The notes under the pieces: generated by a model | Told to the model about the DNA's origin: nothing | The model's database searches: none | Seen by the model: only the letters and a program-made list of their open reading frames with translations | In this document: in pieces, positions 39,881-52,799 of the stretch | Numbering within the stretch: position 1 is the stretch's first letter | Layout: each line of letters opens with the position of its first letter | NCBI GenBank assembly: GCA_951406725.2 | Contig: OX597821.1 | Coordinates: 68,882,001-68,946,000, forward strand | Direction: 5' to 3' | Length of the DNA stretch: 64,000 nt | Source: Octopus vulgaris | Lineage: Eukaryota | Made by a program: the position numbers and the translations under genes

Positions 39881-40699
39881 ACTTCTATACCTGGTCAAGT
39901 CTAAATCTCTTGAGCACTACTAAGTGTATTCTATATGGAGAATATCTGAATCTCATCTATGAACCATGTGTGTATATTCATCAATATCATCATTTAGCAT
40001 CATGCCCACATGCTAGCATGGGTCAGACGGAATTTGCTGAGGCAGATTTTCTATGGTGAGATGCCCTACCTGTCACTGTGCAGCACCTTGGGTAAGTGAC
40101 TTCTATGATAGCTTTGGGACAACCAAAACCATGTGAGTGGATTTGCTAGATGGAAACTGAAAAAAGCTCTTCGTATGTGTGTGTGTGTCTTTGTGATTGG
40201 GTTGGTTCCCAGCACTGCTTGACAACCAGTATTGGTTTGGACAACAAAAAGACCCAAAAAGCAAGTACCAGGTTTAAAAAGAAAATAAATACTAGGATCA
40301 ATTAGTTTGACCAAACACTTCCAGGTGCTTCCCCAGCATAGCTGCAGTCAAATGACTGTAACAAGAACCAAGTAAGAAGATTAAAAAAAAAAAAGGTACA
40401 AAGGGCTTTCACACAGTTCCCAGCTACCAAATTCACTCACAGAGGCATTAAACCCAAAACCATGTAGCAGAAAAGCAAGCTTCTTAACCTTGCAGCCATG
40501 CTTGTCCCTATATATTTTTATTTAAGACATAGTACTACAATGTAAGGTATTATTAAGTGCACTTTATAAAATCTTGTGTCAAATCCTGTGTGCACATACA
40601 CAGGCACTTGTGTGTGTATGTGTACTGAGTAACAACATCCCTTGCTAAATATGTCAATTAGGTAACAGAATCAATTGATTACTTCAAGTGAGCCAACCA

Positions 40700-41430
40700 A
40701 CAATTTAAGTGAGTCTCATTTCCAGAATGCTCAAAGTGCATATTGCTCCACTGATTCAACCACATACAAAGCTTCCACTATATCTCTTGTGTAACGTTAA
40801 CTTACATTGGGTACAGCATATGGAGTTTATACCTACTTCTTTTCTGCATACGGAGCAAAGCCATTTCTTTTATGATACATTGGTCTTATCTTCTTTCCTA
40901 TTTCTTAATGTATTACTCTTTGCTAAGTTTACTTTCAGGTCTTTTGATTCTAAGTTTTGCTTCCATGCTCAGAATTTCTTCTCTAATTCCAATATAGATT
41001 CAGCTATAAGAACTAGGTCATCACCATTTGTGATGATCTACAGGGCTATGATGAATACAAGAGGGCTGAGAACTGAACCTTGATGGACCCCGTGCTTTCA
41101 AGCTAAATTCATCACTGAAATCATGACCTTCACTTTACTTGTTACACTTTTGTACAAAATTGGTACAATCTTCAGACGCCAATCCTCTATGCCCAGCTTC
41201 TTTAGTGACCGCCCAGACAAAGGCCATCCTAAACTCTCCAAATGCCAGATATGGTTTCACCTAGAGTACTTCTTATGAGTATGAAGCCAAACTACATTCA
41301 TTTAAGCTGACTCAGTTCCTGATAAATTCTGTTATGCCTCTCTGTGACTTTCATGGTTACAGAGACAATATGATACCTCTATACTTAACCCACACTAAAG
41401 CATCTTCATACCTTTATAGCAGTTTGCAAT
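40700..41430 (-). mobile_element. Older degenerate RTE RT fragment including the Cys/His finger
   Basis: HQGSVLSPL, DDL, and KWLCSVCRKEVGINSICCTQCKL motifs. Confidence 0.8.
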
Positions 41431-42755
41431 GATACTATTTTGCCAAAATGCAGCAGTCTTTTGCACAGTTTCCTTCTATCAATTTCACTTACAAGGCATC
41501 AATCAACCTGAGGCTATAGTAGAAGACACTTGACCAAGATATCACACAATGAGGCTGTACCTGGAACTATGAGACTATTAAGCAAACTCCCGAGCCACAC
41601 AGCTATGCCTGAACCTATTCACTCAACTAATTTAGTAATGAGTTCTGTCTTCTTTGTTCATATCAAGCTTGCCGGTGCTGGTGCCACATAAAAAGTGCAG
41701 TCCACTCCGTATGGTGGTTAGCATTAGAAAGGACAGTCAGCTGTAAAAACAGTGCCAGACAGACAGTGAAGCCGGATGCAGTCTTCTGCCTAGTCAGCTC
41801 CTGTCAAACCATCTAACTCATGCCAGCATGGAAAGCGGACGTTAAATGACGATGATATATACATATATACATCAAAAGGCCCTTCTGAGTTATAAGTTCA
41901 TACGACTGGTTTTCCAGATTCAGAGAAAAGTATGTCCAACCATCACTGGATAGAATGCCAATCCATCATGGGATTACTCATTTTTACCGTCTGTATGGAT
42001 TGGAGCAATGTGAAATGAAGTGTCTTAAGAACATAATGATCTAAAGCATCACCCAGTCCAAGAAATGAAACCACAATCTTATGACCATGAGTGCAACATC
42101 ATAACCATTATACTACATTCATATACATATATCTCATCATCAAGATGAACGTTAGACGATGATATTATATATATATATATATATATATATGTCATTGTGA
42201 CTCTATGGCACGAAGCAAAGCAAGCTTTGACTTCAACTCAAGAAAACACATGGTAAATGATTCCCTTTGCCGAAAGGTTTGCAAAGCACCACCAGGCCCC
42301 AAGAAAACATTCAGGAAAGACTTCCACCACCACCATTTATATTTCCCAATTTTTTTACTTTTCTTTTTTTTTTTTTTGCTAAAAACCCACATTCGTGTCC
42401 ATAGAACAAAATTACCGCTTTATTTTACTGAACCTTTTTTTGTCGTTCACAACGAGAGAATCCATCATATGTGTGTGTAAATATGCACACACACACACAC
42501 ACACACGTGTGTGTGTATATATAAATACACGTGTGCATGATGAATATAAATTTTTATTCCAGATGGTTGGCAGTATCTATGCTGGGACAGAAAGAAAAGT
42601 TGTCTTTCTTTTCCAATATCAATTTCCTGTTAAAATTATATCCTCGTGTTTTCTTACATTGTTTGTAACAAAGCGTTCACTCAAATGATATCATAACGAA
42701 GTATTTCTGTACACAACGGCACCCTCTCACCTACCCCACAACAACTACTATTTTT

Positions 42756-42828
42756 ACAATTTTGTTTTCACAAGTAACGAATGGCATGTACTTGTACATG
42801 CCATTCGTTACTGTGAAAACAAAATTGT
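42756..42828. repeat. 73-bp perfect hairpin (35-bp stem, one bulge, TT loop)
   Basis: acaattttgttttcaca(a)gtaacgaatggcatgtac-tt-gtacatgccattcgttactgtgaaaacaaaattgt. Confidence 0.95.
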
Positions 42829-43556
42829 CATGTTACCACTACTAATAGACTTCATACATGCCGTAATGTACTGGAACTACTACACAGCAGTTCAAAACTG
42901 TTCACAGACGAACCAACGAAAGAGACTCTACGCCGTCGCTCAACCCGCTAGAAATAGCAGCCAGATAATCTCCCTCAACTTTCAACCTTTCGTTTTAAAA
43001 AGGGACAGATACATTGGATAATGTTATCTTGGGTGTAATGTATGAGAGCAAAACAAAACAAAGAATACTGACAGCTAAAATGGTCTGAATCCAGGGTAAA
43101 ACAATAACAACACTCATTGTCTTTAGATTTAACAGGATCCTAGTAACATAGTAACGTTTTAATTTCTGCTGATAAAATTTCCTTCAACGCATTCTTTAAG
43201 AGACATGGTGTTCCAGTTCTCACAAAATTTCTTTTTGTTACAATTAATTGACACTGCTGAAACTTTCACTTTTTACACAATCAAACTTAACGTATTCACA
43301 TATACGTGTAGGCATGGCCGTTGTAGTCAAGAAGCTCACTTTGTAAATATGTGGTTTCGGGTTCAGTCTCACTGCGCAGCACCTTGGACAAATTCCGTTT
43401 ACTATAACCCTGGGCCAACCAATGCCTTGAGAATGAATTTGGTAGATGAAAATCGTGTGGAAGCTTGTCATGTATATATATATATATAAATTAGAAAAAA
43501 ACCCCACCTTTTATATATTCAAAATGAAAAATTAAATTACACCATCTAGAAAATTA

Positions 43557-43587
<31 letters not shown>

Positions 43588-43590
43588 TAT

Positions 43591-44298
43591 AAGTAACAAG
43601 GATGTCATGGTATTAGTGTATTACGGCCGTTTCAGGTGACTCCATTTAATCGATGAATGCAAGCATTAAATCAATTTGAAATACACTGCCTTCCTCGGTG
43701 CATAAGACCATATAGGTTTTCAAAATACAAGATACTCCGTTATCGGAACTAGAGACTAAAAGAATTACATGCTTATTGCTATTATTGTAGCAGAATGAAC
43801 TCAAGGAGAAAATACCTAAAGCCTACTATAATTTGGAGTAGCAGAAGAGATTGACAAAGGCCGGGGGGGGGGAGGTCATGAGATGGTAATCTAGCTACAT
43901 TTATCTATCTCCTTATCACCATTGAAAGATCTAAAGCAGCTACTATTCTATGTCCACTAAGAATTAAAAACCATTGGGAATCTACAGTTAGGTTCTAGCT
44001 GATGATGATAAATTAATTAATGTCAGATATACTTCCCTACCCCTAATTTATTTGCTGAAATATTATAATGAAGTATCCTGTATGTTGAAAACTTTTATGG
44101 TCTTATGCTTCCGAGGAAGGGGAAGGCGGTGTATTTCAAACTGATGTAATGCTTCCATTCATCAATTAAATGGAGCCGCCTGAAACAGCCGTAAGGCACT
44201 TGCACCTTGACATCCTTGTTACTTATTTGCTCCTTGTTCACCTTTTTGAGTGGTGTGGATAATACTGGACTGACTTGGTGCTTCAACCTAAGTACCTA
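43591..44298. mobile_element. Element with ~120-bp inverted arms carrying hammerhead-like motifs, inserted in (TA)n
   Basis: Arms 43591-43712 and 44096-44224; (TA)n flanks. Confidence 0.7.
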
Positions 44299-44578
44299 AT
44301 ATATATATATATATATATATATAAAACTTTTTTTGTAATGAGATAAAAAACCAAGGCTGTGTAGATTTTAGAACATTTATAAATAGAAGGTCTTACAGCT
44401 GTTTCCAGAATATTTATTATATCCCTTCATTGGAGACGGTGTGAGAAGATGGTTAAGTAATAGTTAATTTAGATAAGATACGAAATAGAGAGTGAGGTGG
44501 AGGAATGAAAATATATGTAAGATATGCAGGGATATTGTATTTGTAGATCCATTATTTAGTCAGAAATGCCACCATTAC

Positions 44579-44637
<59 letters not shown>

Positions 44638-47600
44638 GTGTATGTGTGTGTGTGCATGCATATGTCTTTGTGTATGCAACTGTCCCCACTACTATCATTT
44701 GACAACTGGAGTTGGTTTGTTTACATCCCTTTTCAGTTTAGCAAAAGAGAATGCTTTAAAAAACAGTACTGAGGTCAAAGCAGTGCCCCAGCATGGCCAC
44801 AATCCAACAACTGAAACAGTAAAAGATGAAAAGAAATATCCACTCTGCCATGTACGCCCCACCACAGTCACACACAAACAACCACAGCAACATATTTCCA
44901 TGAACTTAACTTTGCAATCACAGAGTTCAGAAATTAGATCATCTCAACATAATTATGGGTTGACCCTTGTGAGTGACAGTGAAAAATAAACTGATGGGTA
45001 GAAGCTCATTAAATGGGGCTGTATTTATTCTTGGAGAATAGGTTTAATCCGTTACTCAGTTTAACCCCATCACCTTGTCACTGGCTTCTTTTGGTATAAT
45101 CCACTCTCTTGGAAGTATTCAGAGAGGTTTCTGGTTTGAGACGATGTGCTGCTATTACTGGAATGAACCAATAATTATTTCTACCTTTTTTCCACCAATC
45201 CTTAGACACCCTGTAAAAGGTCATGGGTACTGATCTTCCTCTCCTGACTAAGCCAGAGGAAGTAAAATCCCAACATATATTATCCTTATGGAATACAAGT
45301 TACCATAACTACCACTGCAGACTGATGTATGCCCTCTTAGAATTCTGAAAGCAAAACTATATATAATTAAATTAAAACATGCTGTAACCAGAAATTTGAC
45401 ATTTCATTGAACATTATTATAATAATGTTATAAAGGCCAACTTCTGAATCACTGACTGAAGGCTCCTTAATCTATTTAACCTTTTCTCGAATACAATATT
45501 CCAAATGTGGAAGCCTCTGTGGAAGTATTAGAACTGCTAGAAATAGAAGAAAAATTTCCCATAATAAAGGAAGTCACATTATATTGTAGTGAGAACCCAG
45601 CTGAAATTTGAAGCATAGTTCTCATAATTTCCTGATATAAAATCACAGCTTAAAATGTTCCCATAACAGGAAAAGTCACAATAAAAGGTATCAATGCCTA
45701 CTCAAATATGGCTTGGCTAATTGGCACTGGCTGACTGATTTATGTTAAGGCAACAACTTCATAGGAAGTGTACAAGTTTTCCTGCCAAATGGATTCTACA
45801 ACCTTCTTAGCTGTCAGTTATTTAAAGCTAATTCAAATTAAGATAGAGTTACCCCAGGTTTATATTCCAGGTCATGTTGTCCCCCTTCCTATGTAATTGT
45901 CTCTCATCTCTTTTACTTACTCTCAGCCTAAAGGGAGAGTTAGTTTGGATTTGCATGAGTCAGTTGTTTTTCCTGTTTGGTAATCTGTCTCGCTTATCTT
46001 TCTCTCCTATTCACAAGCCTTAAATTAGTAGTATCAATTAACAAATATTCATTATATGCACAGATTCATATGTCTTGTATTTCTTACGCAATATTAATTT
46101 ATTGACTAATCCTATAATTTAACGACTAGCCCTATGATAGTGTAATTGGCTAATAAAATATTTGGAAACTTAAATGAATCTAAGAGTGGTTATTGTTAAG
46201 AGACAGCTCAACAGCCCATCTCATATGAGAATAGCTAGAAAAAAGAGGACTAACAATCGCACCAAGATATAATGTAGTCCTAGATACTACTAGCACTCCA
46301 TCGGTTATGATAACGAGTGTGTTCCACCCAGGGTGGCCCTTCCATTTGCTGCCTCCAGACCCCACAAAAAAGAACATATTGCCTACAGCAGACCCAAAAT
46401 TATTGCCACTTTAAAAGTGATGCCTGGGATGGACTGCCCCTACCATGACCCCCTAGCTACACTAGTAGTTCCAGTTGATTTAATCAATGGAACAACCTAC
46501 TTCTGAGATTAACGTGCAAGTGGCTGAGCACTCCACAGACATACATACCTTTAACATAGTTCTTAGGGAGATACAGCATTACATGGATTGTGACAAGGCT
46601 AGCTCTTTGAATTACAGGTGCTATGCATTTTCACCTGCTGAGTCAAATGGAGCAATGTGAAATAAAGTGTCTTGCTCAAATATTGAACTCACAACCTTAT
46701 CATCATGCCAAATACCCTAACCACTAAGCCATATGCCTTCTAGATACACTATGTCAGATAAAAAAGTGGGGTTGTTATGGATGGAATATATCTGAACAAC
46801 TGGGGTTATAATATTCAAAAATATTCAGGAAATGCCAACATTTTACAGATAAATTATAAAAGAAAGACTAAGTTTATAGTCTGAAAAATTATGCCATCAA
46901 TATTGAAGGAAATGTCTGTTTTACAGACAGACACACTATCAAAGATGCTAAGAAGCAAACCAAACAAGGTAACCGCTGTATGGTTAGTCTACCTAATAGA
47001 AATAATAACCAAGTCTCCCTTGTATCATACCTTACAACTTTAGATCAGGAAGGACAGAAGGATGTATGTATGCACATGAGCAGACAATTCTTTGACAGAC
47101 AATTTGCCGACAAACATTTCACCAACAGACAGTTCCCACACAGCCTCAGACACAACACAGAGGCCTACATCAAGTACCAGGGGAGGTTGTGCTGCCTTGG
47201 GTCAAGAAGACGGCTGCTGGAACACCCTGTATCTGGCAACAGGACGCTGTGCCATACCACACAATTGTCCGGTTTGTAAGTTGTTTGTCAACCAGCAATC
47301 TGTCAACAAATTGTCCGTCTACCCGTATGCATTCATTTGACAAAAATATTTAGTCCATCAGTTTGTGTGCTTTAGGTAGGCCTAGCAATTTGACAAAGTG
47401 AAATTGATAAAATGAGTACCAGACCAAGTACTAAGGTTGGTGATCCCAGCATGACCACAGCCATTCAACTAAACCCAGTAAGATAATAAAAACTAACAAG
47501 AAGACTTCTACAAGGATCCATTGAGCTTGCATGTAGTCCCAGTTTCTTCTTATCCAGAAGAAAATATATTTCTTCTGAACAAGAAATGTTTTCTTCTATG

Positions 47601-47701
47601 ACAATAAAATACTGGACTATCAAAACAGCTGCAAGAAATAGCAACTAAATTTCCCTCAAACCACACTTTACTGGGAAGGTAGACATTAAGATGATGATAT
47701 A

Positions 47702-47927
47702 TGAGGGGGTGCTGAAAAGTCCCTGGCTATAAAGATATTATGAAAAGCCTAGTTGATATTATGAAAAGCCCAACCTTTCAAGCTTTTTTACAGGGCTTAG
47801 AAAAACTGAAGGACCGCTGCAATAAGTTTGTGAATCTGAGAGGGGAATATGTTGAATAAAATCATAATTAACTGATATTCTGGTCTTTTCTTTTACCCAA
47901 AGCCTGGAACTTTTCAACAACCCCTTG
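47702..47927 (+). mobile_element. Mariner-derived MITE retaining the transposase C-terminus
   Basis: TIR tgagggggtgctgaaaagt; GLEKLKDRCNKFVNLRGEYVE*; inverted sister copy at 63375-63592. Confidence 0.85.
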
Positions 47928-48212
47928 TGTATGTGTGTATGTATGTATGTATATATATATATATATAAATAGAAAGAGAGAGAGAGAGAGTTGCTATTAT
48001 GTTAAACTGTTGTATGTCTAAATTTGGTCAAATGCATTTGTTTCAGTTTTTTTTTTGGTTTTTTTTTTGCTTACAATAGCTGTTCATTTGGTCAAACTGT
48101 CATATCTCCAGCTACTTCAGATACCAAGATAGCAAAAATTGTCAAAGTGTAGTACAACAGTTTTGCCATGGAATGGTGAAACTATTTTTTTTGTTTTCTG
48201 AAATAGCAATGA

Positions 48213-50995
48213 TCATCATCATCATCATCATCATCGTTTAACGTCCGCTTTCCATGCTAGCATGGGTTGGACGGTTCAACTGGGGTCTGGGAAGCCCGAA
48301 GGCTGCACCAGGCCAGTCAGATGTGGCAGTGTTTCTACAGCTGGATGCCCTTTCTAACGCCAACCACTCCGAGAGTGTAGTGGGTGATTTTATGTGCCAC
48401 CGACACAGGTGCCAGACGAGGCTGGCAGACGGCCACGCTCGGATGGTGTTTTTTATGTGCCACCGACACAGGTGCCAGACGAGGCTGGCAGACGGCCACG
48501 CTCGGATGGTGTTTTCTTATGTGTCACCGACACAGGTGCCAGACGAGGCTGGCGGACGGCCACGCTCGGATGGTGTTTGTTACGTGCCCTCAGCACGGAG
48601 GCCAGTCATTGCAGTACTGGCTACGGTCACGTTCGGATGGTTTTCTTATGTGCCACCGGCACTGGTACCACAAGGATACAAATTCCATTGATGTTCATCT
48701 ATTTTAATTTGGTTCGATTTGATTCGATACGATTCGATTCTCACTTGCCTCAACAGGTCTTCACAAGTGTCACAAGAAGGAAGGTATGCACAGGTGGACT
48801 GACTACGTCCCAGGTAGGGGCCACGGATTATGGCTTCACTAGTCTTGCCGGGTCTTCTCACGCACAGCATACTTCCATAGGTCTCGGTCTCTAGTCATTT
48901 CCATGGTGAGACCTAACGTCCGAAGGTCGTGCTTCACCACCTCGTCCCAGATTTTCCTGGGTCTACCTCTTCCACGGGTTCCCTCAACTGCTAGGGATTG
49001 GCACTTTCTCACACACCTATCTTCATCCATTCTCGCCACATGACCATACCAGCGCAATTGTCTCTCTTGCACACAACAACTGATGCTTCTTAGGTACAAC
49101 ATTTCTCTCAAGGTACTAACGCTCTGTCGAGTAAGTACACTGACATTACACATTCATCGGAGCATACTGGCTTCGTTCCTCACGAGCTTACGCATGTCCT
49201 CAGCAGTCACGGCCCATGTTTCACTGCCATGTAGCATAGCTGTTCGTACACATGCATCATACAGTCTGCCTTTTACTCTGAGCGAGAGGCCTTTAGTCAC
49301 CAGCAGAGGTAAGAGCTCCCTAAACTTTGCCCAGGCTATTCTTATTCTAGCAGTTACACTTTCAGCGCACCCACCCCCACTACTGACTTGGTCACCTAGA
49401 TAGCGGAAGCTATCAACTACTTCTAGTTTTTCCCCCGGAAAGTGACAGAAGTTGTTTTCTGCAGATTTTCGGAGGTCAATGCTCCAGAGCACCTGCCACA
49501 TACAAAAACTATCTTCCCAGTTAGCCTACCTTTGACATTGCTGCACCTCTTATGTGTCCATAGCTTACACTGGGTACATCTTATAGAGTTTCTACCTACA
49601 CCTTTTCTACAGATCGATCAGGGCCATCTTCCTGAGGATATTTGTGGGTTTTCTACCTTTCTACTTATTAGTACTTTGGTTTTAGCTAGGTTGACTCTAA
49701 GGCCCCTCGATTCTAAACCCTCCTTCCACACCTGGAACTTCTCCTCCAGTTCTGATAGTGACTCAGCGATTAGAGCGAGGTCGTCAGCATAGAGGAGCTC
49801 CCAGGGGCAACCTGTCTTGAATTCCTCCGTTATTGCCTGGAGGACTATGATAAATAGGAGGGGGCTGAGTACTGAACCCTGGTGGACCCCAACCTCTACT
49901 TTGAATTCTTCTGTGTACATGTTGCCAACTCTAACCTTACTTACGGCATCTCTGTACATGGCTTGCACAGCCCTCACCAGCCATTCATCTATCCCTAGTT
50001 TCCTCATTGACCACCAGATGAGGGATCGGGGGACCCTATCAAAGGCTTTCTCCATGTCAACGAAAGCCAGGTACAGGGGCTTATCCTTGGCTAGGTATTT
50101 CTCCTGCAGCTGCCTTACCAGGAATATAGCATCAGTGGTGCTTTTCCCTGGGACAAACCCAAACTGCATCTCATCTAAACTAACTCTCTCTCTAATTAGT
50201 TGGGCTATGACCCTCTCCGTAACCTTCATTACCTGATCCAACAGCTTGATACCTCTGTAATTATTTGTATCCAGGGCATCACCTTTACCTTTGCAGCAGT
50301 TGACTAGTATGCTGCTACACCAGTCATTGGGTATGACTCCTTCGTGTATCACCTGGTTGACTATACGGGTGACTAGGTTATAGCCGACACTGCCAGATAT
50401 TTTGAGCATCTCTGCAGTAATTCCTGATGGGCCTGGGGCTTTCCCTGTCTTCATGCTTCTAATTGCCTTAGCTACCACGGAACTATCAACTCGGATAGCT
50501 GGTCCCTCTGTTGGGTCAACATTTGGCAGACTCTCTTTATCCCATTCATTTTCTTTATTCAGCAAACTTTCATAGTGGCATCTCCAAACCTCTCTCTTTG
50601 CATCCTCATTTAGCGCAAGTGAACCATCATCCATGCGAACACACTTCTCTCCTACCACATCACGATTCTCTCTCACACACTGTCTTGCAACACGAAATAC
50701 CTCAAGTCTTTCATCCTCACGGCTCAGAACATTGGCAAATTTTTTCTTATCCGCTTCCCCTCTGGCTAAATAAACCTGTCTCCTAGCTTCCCTTTTGGCT
50801 GTCTGATACAATTCCCTGCTACCACCGTTCTTCCAGTCCTTCCAAGCCTGTCTCTTTTGTCTAATAGCCCCGTCAACCACCGTGTTCCACCACCATGTTA
50901 CTCTGGGTCGAGATGGTACTTTGCTCCATCCACAGATCTGGTCAGTGGCTGTCAGCAGATTGTCCCGTAGGAATCTCCAGTTGTCTTCCACAATC
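48213..50995 (-). mobile_element. Young 5'-truncated RTE-clade LINE (~2.8 kb) with 3'UTR repeats and (GAT)n tail
   Basis: RT motifs NYRGIKLL, FVDMEKAFD, GVHQGSVLSPLLF, YADD and FRYLG; RTE C-terminus RGRGRPRK.W; stop at 48839. Confidence 0.95.
48839..50995 (-). pseudogene. RTE ORF (RT, PHD-like finger, C-terminal domain) with three lesions
   Basis: Stops at 49618-49620 and 49154-49156 and a 1-nt frameshift near 49435; the endonuclease was lost by 5' truncation. Confidence 0.9.
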
Positions 50996-51180
50996 GTCAT
51001 CATCATCATCATCATCATCATCATTTAACGTCCGATTTCCATGCTGGCATGGGTTGGACAGTTTGACTGAAGTCTGGGCTGCACCAGGCTCTAATCTAAT
51101 CTGGTAATGTTTCTACAGCTGGACGCCCATCCCAATGCCAACCACTCCATGAGTGTAATAGGTGCTTTTTATGTGCCACC
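50996..51180 (-). mobile_element. Older RTE 3' tail copy directly upstream of the large RTE
   Basis: (CAT)n followed by ttaacgtccg..tttccatgctggcatggg. Confidence 0.85.
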
Positions 51181-51216
<36 letters not shown>

Positions 51217-51435
51217 ATAAATTGTGTATCACGCTTTATTGCAGGTCAAATTTTTATTGATGTTTTGATTATTAAATATTGTGCAAATGTGAAACTTGGT
51301 CCACTGAAAGATCCTAGGTAGGTACGTATACAGTGAACATTTCAATTGTATTGATAAGCTACACACAAAGTTATGTTGAGGTATGTAATTTGAAGTGCTT
51401 TCAACTGTGTCATGCTTTATTACAGGTGTACAAAA

Positions 51436-52220
51436 ATGTCTCTGAAACAACATCTGACAGCTACAGAGAAGGTGGAGATTGTTGCAGGTCTCGCAGAAGG
51501 TTTACCTGTGGGAGAATTAGCCCAAGAGCTTGGTCGGGATACAAGAACATTGAAGGCGTATGTGGAAAACCTCATCCCCAAACCAAGACAAGATAAAGGT
51601 ACAAGAAGAAGTGTATCTCAGAGTGACATCCAAAAAATAGGTAGACAAGTAAGAAAAGACCTCAATAGCACAAGTGCTGCCATATTTGAAAGTGCTGGGG
51701 TTGCTCTTTTGTCCAGAAGCACCTGGTGTAGCATCCTTAAAGAGATGGCCAGAAGTGTTAAGTGCATTGCTAGACCCATCCTAAGCAAGAACCACAAAGA
51801 GAAGTGTATTGATTAGGCATGGAAGTACATGAAAATCAATTGCCAAGATGTCTTCTTCATGGATGAGGCCAGAGCTACTCTGGATGTCCCCAACAGATGG
51901 ACCAAATTTTGGGTACCTCTTGGAGCTTCTCACCTGCAATACATTTGGCATCAACAAGGAGGTGGTGGTGTAATGTTCTGAGCTGGAATTATAGGAAATG
52001 AACTTGTCAGGCCTTTCAAGTGCCAGAAGTTATCAAACTCACCAGCAACTCCTACACTGCATTTCTGGAGGAGCATTTTCCAGCATGGTTAGATGATCTG
52101 CCACTCTCATGTTGATGGCGATTGATTTTTATACATGACAATGCTACTTCGCAATCAGTCAAGCCTACAATTTCATACCTCGCAACTTTGGGAATCACAG
52201 GCCAATCACTCATGGCTTGG
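51436..52220 (+). pseudogene. Tc1-family transposase relic, 3' end lost at a SINE
   Basis: HTH N-terminus (MSLKQHLT..ELAQELGRDTRT), FMDE, QQGGGGVM and HDNA catalytic motifs; stops and a frameshift. Confidence 0.85.
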
Positions 52221-52565
52221 TCAAGCAAATCGACCCCAGGACTTATTCTTTGTAAGCCTAGTACTTATTCTATCGGTCTCTTTGGCTGAACCGCTAAGTT
52301 ACGGGGACGTAAACACACCAGCATCAGTTGTCAAGCGATGTTTGCGGGACAAACACAGACACACAAATGCATACACACACACATACATATATACATATAC
52401 ATGACGGGCTTCTTTCAGTTTCCATCTACCAAATCCACTCACAAGGCTTTGGTTAGCCCGAGGCAATAGTAGAAGACACTTGCCCAAGGTGCCACGCAGG
52501 GGGACTGAACCCGGAACCATGTGGTTGGTAAGCAAGCTACTTACCACACAGCCACTCCTATGCCC
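52221..52565 (-). mobile_element. SINE family A
   Basis: Family consensus. Confidence 0.88.
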
Positions 52566-52799
52566 ATCTGAGGCTAAATAACAAGCAACAGTAACAACAA
52601 CTAAACTACCATTGATAAATCTTTCCCTATACTGTGATGCTACTGTAACTGAATACTTACATCGTGGTGCCTGGTTGCAACTATGTGGACTTAGCTGTTG
52701 AGAGTTTGGTGTCTTTGGCAAGGATGTAATGTGGTAGTGGGGGAACAGGATATGAATTACCAATCTCTTTTTCACACACACACACTGAATTAAGTATGG

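Noticed and set aside
47085-47325. Degenerate MITE with gacaatt subterminal repeats
   Set aside because: One terminus is too decayed and no TSD could be confirmed.
48385-48670. CRISPR-like repeat/spacer array
   Set aside because: The spacers are homologous to each other, the array lies in a LINE 3'UTR, and the context is eukaryotic with no cas genes.
50996-51024. Poly-Met start of the 468-aa RT ORF
   Set aside because: It is the (GAT)n tail of a neighbouring element; the LINE is 5'-truncated and not autonomous.
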